A stretch of 62,495 nt of DNA, counting the filler, from Choristocarpus tenellus KU-1152 (lineage: Eukaryota > Protista > Phaeophyceae): NCBI GenBank assembly GCA_964200185.2. It is 10 parts of 10 records of this genome, joined end to end, with 100 filler letters (N's around TTAATTAATTAA, not from the genome) between each part and the next. Parts side by side here need not be neighbours in the genome. Positions count along the whole stretch, not along the records: positions 7,703 to 13,024 come from CAXNAD020011163.1; positions 13,125 to 21,283 come from CAXNAD020005064.1; positions 21,384 to 26,238 come from CAXNAD020012776.1; 7 more parts are not named here. One strand, 5' to 3'. A model generated the notes under the pieces. The model was not told the DNA's origin. It worked only from the letters and a program-made list of their open reading frames with translations, and searched no databases. Below are positions 12,608 to 24,868 of this stretch, piece after piece. The number at the start of each line of letters is the position of its first letter. Positions within the stretch are counted from its first letter, which is position 1. Both the position numbers and the translations under genes were made by a program.

Positions 12608-12775
12608 TCACACCACAACATCTCCCATTATTGAGCCTATACTCTTGGCCCTATCCGGCATACGAACATAGCCTGGGTTGACAGGGGTCTCATACTTTTC
12701 GCCTGCGACCCAAATGTTGCTATACAGCTCCTCCTCGCCAGGTTGGGTCCCCCCCTTAGCCTTCTTCAAGGCTTC
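12608..12775 (-). CDS. PDHA1: Terminal exon of mitochondrial pyruvate dehydrogenase E1 alpha (rest of gene off-contig)
   Basis: Pyrimidine tract + CAG acceptor at 12778-12776. Translates EALKKAKGGTQPGEEELYSNIWVAGEKYETPVNPGYVRMPDRAKSIGSIMGDVVV*, matching the recalled E1-alpha C-terminus pattern (AKxxxxPxxEELY...RMPDxxKS). Confidence 0.7.
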   Translation of the reverse strand, partial: EALKKAKGGTQPGEEELYSNIWVAGEKYETPVNPGYVRMPDRAKSIGSIMGDVVV

Positions 12776-13124
12776 CTGTGAGGTGAGAGAGTGTTGAGGC
12801 TAGGGTTACAGATAAGAGACTGGAGATAAGGGCCAGGTGATAAAAAGCCCTTGAGGCGCATTAGGGCCCATTGGGAGGGAGTAGGAAATAGACTGCAACG
12901 AGCATCTGCATCACCAGCCCACTCTCTGCAGCGGTCAAGTGAGGTCTACTTCTCACAGAAGGTGTCCCCCGCACTATGCACCCCCCGCCCCCCCCCCCCG
13001 CCCCGCCCACCCCCCCTGTGTTTCNNNNNNNNNNNNNNNNNNNNNNNNNNNNNNNNNNNNNNNNNNNNTTAATTAATTAANNNNNNNNNNNNNNNNNNNN
13101 NNNNNNNNNNNNNNNNNNNNNNNN

Positions 13125-13194
13125 CCAAAAATCGTGAGATGAAAAAATTGACCCCAAATGGACAGCCGCCACCCCCTCCCAGATACTTTGAGCC
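13125..13194. mobile_element. MITE family B, terminal fragment at contig start
   Basis: CCCCAAATGGACAGCCGCCACCCCCTCCCAGATACTTTGAGCC is the reverse complement of the family-B left end. Confidence 0.85.
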
Positions 13195-15050
13195 TCAATA
13201 CCAAACATTCCCACACCATCTCTGCAACATCTCTATCCGGATCTGAACGAACGTGTCTTGATAATGCGTTGAAACCAGCTTTTACCAAACTACTTTCTCT
13301 TCATCTCAACTACAAGAAGCACTGAATCTTTGTGCCAAGTTCCATTTAGTATTTTCCCTTGATACCTCTGAATTGGGAACTTAAACCATTGCTGAAGCCG
13401 ATTTTCCTCTCAAACCAGGCACCAGACCTATTGGTCGAGCACCAAATCGTACCAATCCACAAGTTAGAGGTATTATTGCTAAATGTGTTGAAAATTTACA
13501 AAACCAAGGATTGATTGAACCTCATTCTAGTCCATGGGGTTCCCCTGTTAGTATTGTTGATAAAGCAGATGGGACCCCAAGATTCTGTATTGATTATCGG
13601 CGAACCATAAATAAACACCTAGTTAAACGTTCTTGGCCCATGCCTTTAGCTGAAGAACATCTTGATTCCATTGGTGCAGCAAAATTTCTTTCTGTTGCAG
13701 ATGTTCAATCAGCATATCATCAGATTCATGTGGCGGAAGCAGACATTGACAAGGCTGCTTTTGTCACCCATAAAGGCCAGTTTGTATGGAAACGACTTCC
13801 TTTTGGTTTGAGCAATGCTCCATTTATTTTTCAACGCATGGTGGCTCGAGCTCTATCTGATTTGGCACGGGGTCAGGTCTGTTATGTTACATGGATGATC
13901 CCATTGTTTGTTCTGCCACTTGGCACCACCATATAACCTTACTTGAAAAGCTTTTTATGGCCCTTCAAAATGCTGGCCTTACTTTAAAACATTCTAAATT
14001 GAAGTTTGATCCAGCAGAAGTTGAATACCTTGGTCATGTTGTCTCTAGTGCAGGGGTACGTCTTGGAAAATCTCGAATTCAAGCTATTGTTGACCTACCC
14101 AATCCTCGAACAATAAAGGACATTCGTTCTATCCTTGGTATGTACAATTTTTGTCGAAAGTTCATCCCACATTATACAGACCTGACAGAACCCCTTCTAA
14201 AATTTACACTTAAAGAGTTCATCTCTCGTTCTTCTGGTGAAATTGGAAAAGCATGGACATGAGTTCACGATAACACATTAGGAAAAATTATAATGGCATT
14301 AACATCGGCCCCCCTTTTACATTATCCAGACTTCTCAAAATCTTTTGTGGTAGATGTGAATGCTTCCAATCTAGGTAGTGGCGGTTTTCTTGCTCAAAAA
14401 GCTTAAGATAATCCAACGAATGCCTCACTTCATATTGTGGCTTACTTTAGCAAGAAATTTGATGGAGTACAACGAAATTATTCAGCTACATACAAAGAAT
14501 GTTTAGCAGTCCATGAAATTAACCACTGCCGTCCATATCTTTGGGGTCGACATATTGATTTATTCACTGATCATGCAGCACTCCGATATCTGTATTACAT
14601 GCAAGACACAGATAATATGTTGACACGTTGGGCTCTTGCTCTTCAATGTTTTGACTTTACAGTCCATCATAAACCAGAGACAATGTTGTACCTGATGCCC
14701 TTTCTCGTCTTTTTGATATTGAGATTGATCTTATGGCAAAAGTACTTTCTCCTATTTGTAGGAATATTCCGGAAACCACTACTCCAAATGCGGAAACCCC
14801 ACGTCAAGCATACGAAAATATATCCAGACTGCCTTCATGAATTAGATATAATCCAGAGTGACCGTGAACTTTTTAGTAGTTCTGTGAACATCTTTCCAAC
14901 TCTAGACCACACCAAAATTCGGGAAGCACAAATGAACCAATTTTCTCTTTACTTTGCGTATTTACAAGCCCCTGATTCAGTGTCTTTACCTCCACGTGAA
15001 TCGAGGTATAGCATGTCATATTTTTATGTTGATGCTGACACTAACTTTGC
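13195..15050 (+). mobile_element. Ty3/Gypsy pol remnant (RT + RNase H), frameshifted
   Basis: SPWGSPVSIVDKADGTPRFCIDYR, RLPFGLSNAP, YMDD, VEYLGHVVS, AYFSKK...YSATYKECLAV, FTDHAALRYL across ORFs 13511-13936, 13891-14262 and 14437-15237. Confidence 0.95.
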
Positions 15051-15939
15051 TTTTGTTGCGATGTATTTTGTGAATAGTACTACAGATTCTTACTCCAAAA
15101 TATGGCAAATGACACTAATATCAAAATCAAATGTTGTGTTCAAGTATGTGGTCTTCACAACCAGTGGGACCCCAGGGAACCATTGTGGTGCTACAAACAA
15201 TATTTCTGTGACAACACAAATTGATCGTTTCAGTTGAGCCGTCGACATAATCAAATCAAACACCCATACAAAACATGAAACAGATATTCATATACGTAGG
15301 TATGCGATTATTAGAAGTGATAATTTTACCTACTATTTATGATATTGATCACTATTGACATGATAACGATAACGAAAAGCTCCGCAATGGGGTGCATGCC
15401 ATCCTACTCACCACCTTTGGGCTCGAATAACATGTACATATGTATATATATAAATATATATCGTTTAATGGGATTGATCGAGGTTGTTCCAATGCAACAA
15501 TCCGATTCACTAAAAAAAACGTAAGCACAAACTTACCCTGCAAAATGGTGTTATCGTGACTATAATTCCGACCCAAGCTAGAATTGCATTAAATTACATA
15601 AAGTAACACGAAGTGTTTTTTTTCTTTTTGTGGCTTACAATTTAGATTCGGTCTGGTCTATTTAATCCTTGTATTATATTGATTACAGTTTTTCTCAATC
15701 AAAAGAAATATCTCTCACTGAAACCTTTCCCTTAAATATGAAACTGATCCCAGTATTTCTGTTGAAGTTTCTGAAGCAAGAATGGAGTGCTCAGAGTTAA
15801 TTCTAGCGCCGCAAGTGTTTTGATGGTGTGTTGCAAGCCTTGGGAATGTGCACTCCTCCTTCAAGAGAGATCTTGTACAACACAATATACTTCGTAGGTT
15901 ACATTCAAGTTCAAGTTAGTGAGTGTATATACTTTACAC

Positions 15940-16076
15940 ATATGTTCACCACCACCAATGAATCATGTTCAGTCCTCCAAAGCTCAATCGCAATGTTGCT
16001 GGCATACGGAGGACATGCCCATCCGGCAATACCCGGTACAGTCAAGATCCCCCCAATGGTGTCCACCTCACCCAAC
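15940..16076 (-). pseudogene. Possible histidine acid phosphatase exon fragment
   Basis: Minus frame VDTIGGILTVPGIAGWACPPYASNIAIELWRTE resembles the PPYASxxxxEL motif downstream of the HD motif, and a pyrimidine tract lies upstream. The HD itself is not intact. Confidence 0.35.
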
Positions 16077-17439
16077 TAAACCTCAGAAGGGGGGGCGAGA
16101 TAGGGTAAGAGAGATGTAGGGGGGAGGGGGGATTTCTTATGTAAAACAATAATGCATAATCCCTGTAGGATGAGCGTTAGAGTTTCTTCCATACATTTGC
16201 CATTTTGTAGTTTTATCAGTTTTTGATTGGTACCATGATTGAACTAAATGAAACGGCCTTGGTAGCCCTTCTACTGTATGCTCAAAACACAAAAGAAGAT
16301 GTCACTACAATAAAACTTCAGAATATCACATCAATACAGACATCAAAGTCGCCCCTTCCCATAAATAAACAATAACACTACGTTATGCTGAAATACATAA
16401 AGCTAAAAATACTTCAAATCTAACATCTATGAAATAGACAGTGAGGGGAATAAAAATATACACACAACAAGAAAAAAAGCAGCAACAAAAGTATGTTGGG
16501 AGAAAAATAAAAAGGAATAGCAAGAAAAAGTGGTTCTGCAACACAGGATAAGTAGAGTTACAAGGAACAAAACAGATAGAAATGGATGGCTTCAGAGGCG
16601 CTTTTAGAAAGGACTGCGGACTAAATTCAACAACCCCCAAGATCTGTCAACTAGAGAGCAGGGGGTGGGCAGCAACAACAGCAGGTTACAACATTTAAAC
16701 ATGCCCAGAATGCCTGTCTCCAGACAGATGTAGGGCAAGTCAAGCGTCATGCCCACTCTATGTCTACTTGTGAGAGTCAGTACATGCAAACGCTGATAAT
16801 TGTGGAAGGCAGATTCACTTGATTGTTCACCCATTTACAAGCATGCCTGCTTGAATGTTAGAGGGAACATAACACAGAGGTGGCAATACCTGAAGACACT
16901 TTGACACAATAGTACACAACAGAGATTCAGTACTTTCCTTCAATATATTAATAGGATATTGTTTACACGAGATGGCAGTGTTCCGATATTGATGGTCCGA
17001 TATAGGTGATGTAGAGGGCACTGTGGGGAAAATCTCATGGGCAGACAATCAATGGCCTCAACAGCTTAGCGCCTGGCATGTTTTGTGAGGACAGAATGAC
17101 AGTGCAAACTTCATAACAGAAAAAAAATGGTATACCAGTGAGAAGTAAATGTAGCCAAATTCTTGGCATTCCGTCCCTTTTGACAAAAAATGCTAATCAA
17201 GGCATATTTGGGGGTTAGTGGGTTGGTGTGGTGGTATATATTTACCGCCGAGGTACATACATACCACCAGTGGTATGATCTCAATACATCATGCAATCAT
17301 CGTTTTTGTTTCCTTCACAGTCACACCGTACTGGCACATACCCTGTCCCTATCAATTTCATATCGTTAGCGTTTTTTCCATGAAACCTACCATACTACTG
17401 TTGATCAAAATCATCTCTATATACTTCATTTCTTACTTG

Positions 17440-18266
17440 ATCGGGAGGCAAGAGAAAAAGGCTTGAGTTTACAAGTAGTACAACAGACCCTCCAAGAGAT
17501 CGAAGTTGTGCAATTCAAATTCTCATTATCAAGAAATCACCTCTTTGAATCAAGGGTGTTTGAAGGGTATTGGGAGGCGTTGATGAGCCAAATCCATTCA
17601 GAGGTATGCAAGTTTGGACCATTTTACATTCCAAGACATCTTTCTTACTGTGTGCTATACGCCCTATCTCATTGCCTTTCGTGCACAATAGCTTAAACAA
17701 ATTGATATTCCCCCTTTCCCCAGTCGAGGTGACCACAACTCAGCAAAGACTCTTTCTTCAATTGTACAAAATGACATATTTTTGCCCTTTCTTGGGATCC
17801 TCAAGGTGCAACACTGCCTACCTCTCGGTTGGTTCGACTCTGATCACATATCTGTTGGTGATTCTGTCGCATTTGTGAATCATTCTGAAAACCTTGCAAC
17901 GATTTCGAAGGTTGTGACACGTTTTTGAAAACAAACAAGGTGTGTCAATTCAAGCCCTGTGGTGATTATGTTTAACATTACTCGGTGTATTTTGGTGAGC
18001 AGACTCTTGAAGGCTTAACTACTGTTCTACTTAGGAATTTGATTTTCAAGTTCATTGCAAAACATCTCGAGCTCCATGCAAATACAGATTGACTTTTTTC
18101 AGGATTCCGAGGTTACCCTGATCTAAAAGAATTGTTTGTCCTTGGAAAAGCTACCACACATAAAAAGTCCCCAGTCATGAACTGAGCAAGTCCACATGAG
18201 ATTGTGTTGTGTTTACCTATAGGATGGCAGATGTGGCCTTGTAATTGGAAGAAGCCTTGATCTCAG
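17440..18266 (+). pseudogene. Decayed mini-intron gene with BAH-domain-like motifs, interrupted by MITE C
   Basis: Removing the MITE gives VDHISVGDSVAF...LATISK, then SIQALW, DLKELFVLG and DGRCGLV in short exons separated by 25-40 bp GT/GC-AG segments. In-frame stops are present. Confidence 0.35.
17585..17840. mobile_element. MITE family C, full copy
   Basis: GAGCCAAATCC...GGTTCGACTC termini; perfect 4-bp TSD TGAT. Confidence 0.9.
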
Positions 18267-18289
18267 GTAATACACCCTACAGTACATAA

Positions 18290-18425
18290 AATAGTAACAC
18301 ACAACAGAGTGGAGTAACATAGATAGTAGTGAAATATAAAGTAGATGAATGTTTTTCAAATTTGTGACATATTTAATTTTTTTTGGGCTTATCTACAAAA
18401 TGTCAGCAGGCATAATGATAAAATA
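18290..18425 (+). mobile_element. Short 3' end of the same non-LTR family as 45127-45657
   Basis: ACATAGATAGTAGTGAA...ATCTACAAAATGTCAGCAGGCATAATGATAAAA resembles ACACAGATAGTGGTGAA...ATCTGCAAAATGTCAGAGGGCATAACAATAAAA. Confidence 0.55.
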
Positions 18426-19489
18426 TATATATATTGTAAATCGTACTAACAATAGCAAGAAGAAATGCAATTTTGAAAAATATAGGTACACCTTGGACTA
18501 GAATCTAAAACAGTTTATCATACAATTTTGAAAAAGAGAGCACATTTCTGGGGGTTCAAAATATATACATTCATAATAAAATATAGAAAAAAAGACAATT
18601 ATTTGCTGGAGGTAATAAAAATGATTCTATTCATTTTAATAGGAATGAAAATACTCTTTATAAACTACGTAATTGAAAAAGCAAAAAAAACACCTGCATC
18701 CAGTCCAAGACAGGTCTGTCCAAAGTCTCCAATCCTTCACCACACCCTTTTCACTCTGATCCTCCTCCTTCAAACCCTCCTATTTCCCCTCCACTGTTGT
18801 GGCTATTTTCATGCGGGGTGTTTTCAGGGCCAATCATGGTGTGGCATGTTCAGATTAGGCTAACCATCCTATAGTAATGCGGCGAAGACTACACCATTTT
18901 AACGACTCTTTTATCATGTTCAATATCATGACCCTTCCCTTCACCTTGATGATCTATTTCCCCTATTACACCTGCCCCCCTTGACAAGACTTGATGAGCA
19001 CCTAGAGACGTTATCACATCTCCTGATACATCAAAGCGCCTTTTCAAGGTGGTGAATTGCAGTGTGCATTAAAGAACGGGGTGACTGAATGATGCGATTG
19101 TATTGACTTCACACAGAGGGAAGAACTGGGTTTTATCAAACATTGAGAGGCTGTCTACTGTAAGCACTACTGCATTGTATCAAATATTATATCACAGTAG
19201 TAGAAGATTTTTGGTCTAGTAAAAACAAACACCCATACTGCGCTAACATAATGTCTTTTACATGGCCCAGAACCCATTGTCATGAAAGATCCATTTCGAA
19301 ACACTCTCAACAGTGGACAAAAAGTATTGAAACTTCTTTAAGAAGTAGTGCCACAAAAAGAACGCCAACACACCACGTATAACAATCTTCCACCTCAACT
19401 AGGCCTTTCTTGTTTCTACCCTAAGGCGTTGGCAAAACAAATAAAGGTCAAAATGGGAAAAAAATATGCATCTCACGCACTCCCTTTTG

Positions 19490-21283
19490 TGCAAAAAGAG
19501 CTGTTCGAATAGAGTTTTTGCTTTATGTGGTATGAATGAAGTTATTAGCGGAGTGAGCACCTTTCCTCGAGGTGGGAGGGGTGCTCTGCCTCGTTATCTA
19601 TTGTGCACGTCAGCAGACACGTCAGAACGTGTCTGTATCAGTCGCACTACGTCAATCGTTCTGCGTCACTAGTACTACGTCACTTGTACTGCCTCAGCCA
19701 CTTACATTAAGCAATAAGAAACAAACCTGTTGAGATTCCAACCTATTACTCTGGGTGTATGGAAACAAGTCATTGATAATTAATTACGCCACTTAGTCAA
19801 CACCTGTACTACATAACACTGGTTACCAAACGCATAAGAACCTATAGACTATCAGCCTATATTGCACTCTTCCCCATGAGCGTGCAGCAAAGTTGCTGAC
19901 AAAAGCTCACCCCCGATGCAAAAGCACGGAATGCACAAAATCAGAAGTATGGCTCTTGCGCAAAGACTTGGTCAATATATCGGTCAGATGTTTTGATGTT
20001 GGAACGTACTCTATGTGGAATAGACCCTGGTCCACGTATTCTCTGGTGCACTTCAGGTTCATGTGCACGTGCTTTGTTCTCCCGTTGAAACCTGTGATGC
20101 TGCCCGCCTGGATAGCACCACGGTTGTCATAGAACCAGGGAGTCTGGTCCTGTAGCATGCCGATTTCCCCAGAATGCCTCGAAGGAAAATGCAGTGGCGC
20201 ATGCCGTATGCCATTGTCGTCCACTCTGCCTCCGAGCTGGAGAGGGTGACGGTGCCTTGAAGGTTGGAACGCCAGGCGATCGGTGATCTGTTGAACAATA
20301 GTAGGTAACCTGTGACACTCCTGCGTGTTTGGGAGTCGGTGCCCCAGTCGGAATCCCCATACCCCACCAAGAGTTCTCCATCCCCTCCGTTCATATCTTT
20401 AGTCCCCCGACCATAGTGAATGCAGACGTCCAGTGTCCCTGCTACGTAGCGCAGAACGTGTTGCTGTCCATACCTGTGCCGCATGTATGGAGACGCCGCC
20501 CTGCGCCCCAGTTCAAGAATGCTGTTGGCCAGGTCCGGGTGAGTCATGCCTACTAGAAGCATGAGTTGCCCGAGGATGCTAGCTTAGGGGTAGATGGTGG
20601 GATTCAGTTTCTCCTCGTTGTTGTGCCTAGCAGAGAGATCCATGCCGGGGTCCAGTGGTGTGGATGTATCCTGCGCCTCCGTGGAGCCCATCCCGGCCAT
20701 GACAATACTTTCTGCGTATAGCTGTTGGTCCAGGGTGATGCCTTCCGCACCCACAGTGATGCCCACCTCAATTGGCTTGTCGGCATGCCAAGGTTCCACC
20801 CCTCGTACTTCTCCAGCGGTGGTGCCCTCATCCTCTGGATCTCCTCCGTGAAGTCCTTGGTGGTGGCAGTGTCATCCACGTAGGTGGTGGGAATGGCGAT
20901 GCGTCCGTCTTCACTCTTCATGAAGTAGAGGTACTCGTCGTATTGGCTGCTTGTCCACCCTTCTTCCAGGATGGTGCCGTGTAGCTCGTGATACCATTCC
21001 ATGGCTGACTGCTTCAATCCATAGATTGCATTCTCTGCCTTGACGGTATGACCGTCCAGAAGCTCCAGCCAGACGTCCTCCTGCAGGTCTGCGTTGAGGA
21101 AGCCTGTGTGAAGTCCAGGGCGTCAACGCCCCAACCTCTGTAACGCTGCGACGGATATGACGCACCGCAGTGAGTCATACCCCACCACCGGGCTGAAGGT
21201 TTCGAAGAAGTCCACTTTTGAACTATCCCACACTGGACCTGCGGCTTTTATGGTGCTTTGAAGAAGGACAAAGAACAGCTTGA
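19490..21283 (-). mobile_element. Ty1/Copia RT-RNase H with PPT (19867-19875) and 3' LTR (19490-19866)
   Basis: DFFETFSPVV, FLNADL, AIYGLKQSAMEW, TYVDD, GYGDSDWG...RRSVTGY, SSSEAE, TKHVH, LTDILTKSL with frameshifts. PPT GGGGAAGAG precedes an LTR running TGCAATATAGG...CTTTTTGCA. Confidence 0.95.
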
Positions 21284-21383
21284 NNNNNNNNNNNNNNNNN
21301 NNNNNNNNNNNNNNNNNNNNNNNNNNNTTAATTAATTAANNNNNNNNNNNNNNNNNNNNNNNNNNNNNNNNNNNNNNNNNNNN

Positions 21384-21444
21384 GCTAATAAATAAATCCA
21401 TACAACTTAAAGCAAAGACTCTATTGGAAGAGTTCTCTTTTGCA
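21384..21444 (+). repeat. 3' end of an LTR of the same Copia family as 19490-19866
   Basis: CTAATAAATAAATCCATAC...AAAGACTCTATT...CTCTTTTGCA matches the LTR end; cut by the contig start. Confidence 0.8.
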
Positions 21445-23633
21445 TACCTTCGACTTCCCCAAGGGTGCAAATGACAATATTTCAGTGTAGCGATTATGAT
21501 TATTCCCAGTAGGAAAGATATGTCATGTCTATAGGATGGTTGGATTGGCTGGGCGGGATAATGGAAGGGAGGGGTCAAAGGGAACAGAGTACAGAATTAG
21601 AACGGAATAGACAGCTCATGGAAGGCAGTTAATTCTAGGGAGGCGTGTGATGGTGGTGGAGGGCAGTGGAGTGGGGAGTAGAAGAGGCAAGGGAGGACTT
21701 GAGTGCACCCTTCCTGATTTTTTGTTGTCACCCACCATTCACAGCACGGTACTCTGATGCTTGTTTGTAGCAATAGGGGGATACAATGTAGAGACAGGGT
21801 AGTGGTAGAGGTATGATTTCCCAGCAAGTGTGAGGATACACGTAAGAGCTGAGTGAAATTGGGGGAAAGAGTGGGGGCATCTCAATCAAGGTATCAGAGT
21901 TGGTGTGGATGGGATGTAGGGAGTGCATGGCTATTGGAAGTGAAGAGAAGAGGTAAGACACAGAGAAGAAGGAAGGCCCAGCCTTAGGACAAGGGGACAA
22001 CAGGTCAGCAGTTCATTGGTTCAGGAAGTGGGAAGGGGTAAGGATAGGAGGGTAGGGGGGCTGATGACAGTGTGGGTACTGGAGGTAGGGAGGCAGTTTA
22101 CGGCTGAACATGTACCAGGGAAGGAAAATAGGTTGACAGATGGTACATCTAGGTAGGATAGGGACAAGATCCGATCAACTTCCAACACTCTTGTCCATAT
22201 TTCCACTTGCAGGAGCAGCCCCCGGGTCAGAAAGGTGAGGTCATGCTTGAGTGCCTTACAGACCAAGTGTCATGAAGGAGCTTGGGCATAGTGGTCTTAG
22301 TTCCATACAAAGAGAGGCTTGAGTACGAGGCTCGAATCCAAGAGTCAGGAATTGGACATACTTCGTGTGTTTCGATGTGCGAGTAAAGGGAATCAAGTAG
22401 GTACGATAGAGGTTACGATGCTAGCAACACAATATTACTACAAAACATTTCCTCAACCCTCAGCTTCTAACATAACACTTCTGTGTAATATAGGCTGATA
22501 GTCTGTATGGTTTATAGGTGTTTAGTGACCACTACTAGAAAACAAGAATGTTGGATAAGTGGAACAAGCGTTATTGACTTGTTTTTTCGTGTGCTTAGTT
22601 AGAGTAATGGGTTCCAATCTCAGATGATTGATTTTTTATTACTTGATATAAATGGACTGATGGAGGATTACTGACATAGTACGATGTAACGGCAGGACAC
22701 GTTTTGATGTGTCAGATGTCATATGCAATAAAAAATAAGATAATAAGAGAGAGCACCCCCCCACCACCGAGGGCTGTGCTCACCCCACTAATAAACACAT
22801 CCATACCACATAATGCAAAAGACTTTACTTGAGTAGCTCTCTTTTGCAAAACTTCCTCTATTATTCGAAACTGAAGGGTGTAAGTAGGAGTCACACGGAG
22901 GTGGGGCATCAATTGGAGGTTAGGAAACCACCAACATGGAGTATAATAGTGGAGACAAAACCATAGATGAAGATGCCAGGAAAAGAAAGAGAATTGGCTA
23001 GGATGGGATTAGGCTTTTCCTTCTTCTTAGCAAGAGCCCCAGAGTTGTGGACACACAACAATGCATGGGGAGTGCATGGAGACTTTGTAGTTAGGAGGTG
23101 GGACATTGTGTTGAAAGAAGGGGTAGCAATGATGGATTGGAAAGATGACACCAAACAAAAAAATGAGGTGACATTCACAGGTTCGAAAGGGGATCAAAGG
23201 AGGAAGGATGCAACGCATACAAGATACAAGGTTATAGAGCAGGCAGTTGGAGAAGGAATGACTGACTATAATATTGCATCAGCAAGTGAAATGTTACCAA
23301 GATCTACTCCCTAACGCTCCTCTAATGACCTATAGGGATGGTGAGAGGTGGAACGCGATTACAAGAAACCGGGTGACATCCATACTGAGAATAGCAAGGG
23401 AACTCAGACTGAGGCCAGAAGGCCACCAACTACACTCAGAAAAAATCAAGGGAGCAAAAAATATGGCGACAATAGCGGTATCTGAATTATATATGGAGAG
23501 GGAGAGGAGATGGAAGTCGGAGTCATTGGTGGGATACACACAGACCTACCAAAGAGACCCAGTGTTGGTGTTGAAAGGTCTGGCAGAGACTCTTAGGAAC
23601 TGGGTACAGCCAGGGCAAGAGGTGGAATCTTGA
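21445..23633 (+). mobile_element. DIRS/Ngaro-type tyrosine-recombinase retrotransposon remnant (RNase H then YR, same strand)
   Basis: RNase H: SDA..AIGGYNVETG*W*RYD, GDNRSAVHW, AEHVPGKENRLTDGTSR. YR: RCASKGNQVGTI, KGVSRSH..VRKPPTW, GFSFFLARAPELW, FTGSKGDQ, LHSEKIKGA, RRWKSESLVGY. Many stops. Confidence 0.85.
22484..22848 (+). repeat. Solo Copia LTR inserted in the YR coding region
   Basis: TGTAATATAGGCTGATAGTC...CTCTCTTTTGCA is homologous to the reverse complement of 19490-19866. YR motifs continue on both sides. Confidence 0.85.
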
Positions 23634-24058
23634 ACTAGACGTAGATATAGATACAAATGGGGGGTCAATCTCAAGAAGAGCAGATGTCTTCTACTTCAAA
23701 GAAACAGTATGGGAGTGGATGCTTGTGCGGTGTTCTTGGATGAATGTGGAGTATTGAGAGGGAATTTGGAGTGTCATGGATGGAGGTAGAGAGTATTGAG
23801 GGAATTGATATAGGAGTGGATTCACAGAAAGTGGTCATACTGGTTTGCGAGCAGTCACACAAAGGTTGACTGCATTGGTACAGAAGTGGATACATGGCAA
23901 TTGGCTGGAGGGGTGTGGAGGTGGATACACAGAAAGTGGCTGTACTGGCTCAGAAGTGGAGATGTGGAAATTGCCCATATTGATGCAAAAAAGCAGATAC
24001 ACAGAGAGTGACCACATTGGATTGTTAATGGACAAGCAGAAAGTGCCTGAATTAGCTT

Positions 24059-24321
24059 GAATAGAAGTATCTTAGAAGGTACGAGTTTTGCCCTGTTTGT
24101 CCGTTTGGGGCTTGGCCCTCTCACAGGTTTCTTATGACATTTTCCTAGTCCGAAGAGTTTCGGAGTAGGTAAAATGTGCACACTATGAAAAGGTGTGTCT
24201 GGAACAAGGATATTGACACTTTCTAACAAACAAAATACCCAAAATTACATCAAAATCGGAACATTGGAGTTTGTCCCCCAAACGGACGTGATTCTACCCT
24301 AACCCTAAGACACTTTGACTC
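24059..24321. mobile_element. MITE family A, full copy (opposite orientation to 6996)
   Basis: GAATAGAAGTATCTTAGAAGGTAC...CTAAGACACTTTGACTC; flanks GCTT/GTTT. Confidence 0.9.
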
Positions 24322-24816
24322 GTTTGTGAGAGTATACACAGAAAACGGCCGCATAGTTGGTGCGGTAACATGGTGGTGGATCAGTTGACGAGGAGTGGAA
24401 TGAATGAAAGGATAAGAGTGGTAAACAAAATCGAGAATTCATCAGCGAAGAAAAATATTTTAAATAGTTTGACCATGTCGATCACTTTCTTGTCGTACCT
24501 GAACCATTTGACCTAGATCTAGGAGAGATGACAGTTCAATGTTGCACAAAATATACCCATATACAATCAGACGAAAATTTCAGCTATTTGCTAAAAGCAT
24601 ACATATCACAATACAACCCAAAGTCGTGACGACTGAACATGTCCAAGGTCAAAGAAGAACCACATACTCATTGTAAGGTGTCACTAACCACAAGTCATTA
24701 CACATTTCACTGCTCATGGCTTTGGTTCTGCCTCATGAAACCTATGGAGACTTTAGAGTATTTTCCTCTCGGTGCCATGCAGCACTCATGCATGAAGGTT
24801 GCTTTGTGGGGCAACA

Positions 24817-24868
24817 GTTCAGTTCAGTTCAATTCACCTCAATTCAATTCAATTCAATTCAATTCAAT
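24817..24868. repeat. (ARTTC)n pentanucleotide microsatellite
   Basis: AGTTC x3 grading into AATTC units. Confidence 0.9.

Noticed and set aside
22283-22339. Apparent pol III A-box/B-box pair (tRNA or SINE)
   Set aside because: It lies inside the decayed YR reading frame (GAWA*WS*FHTKRG...) and forms no cloverleaf; coincidental.
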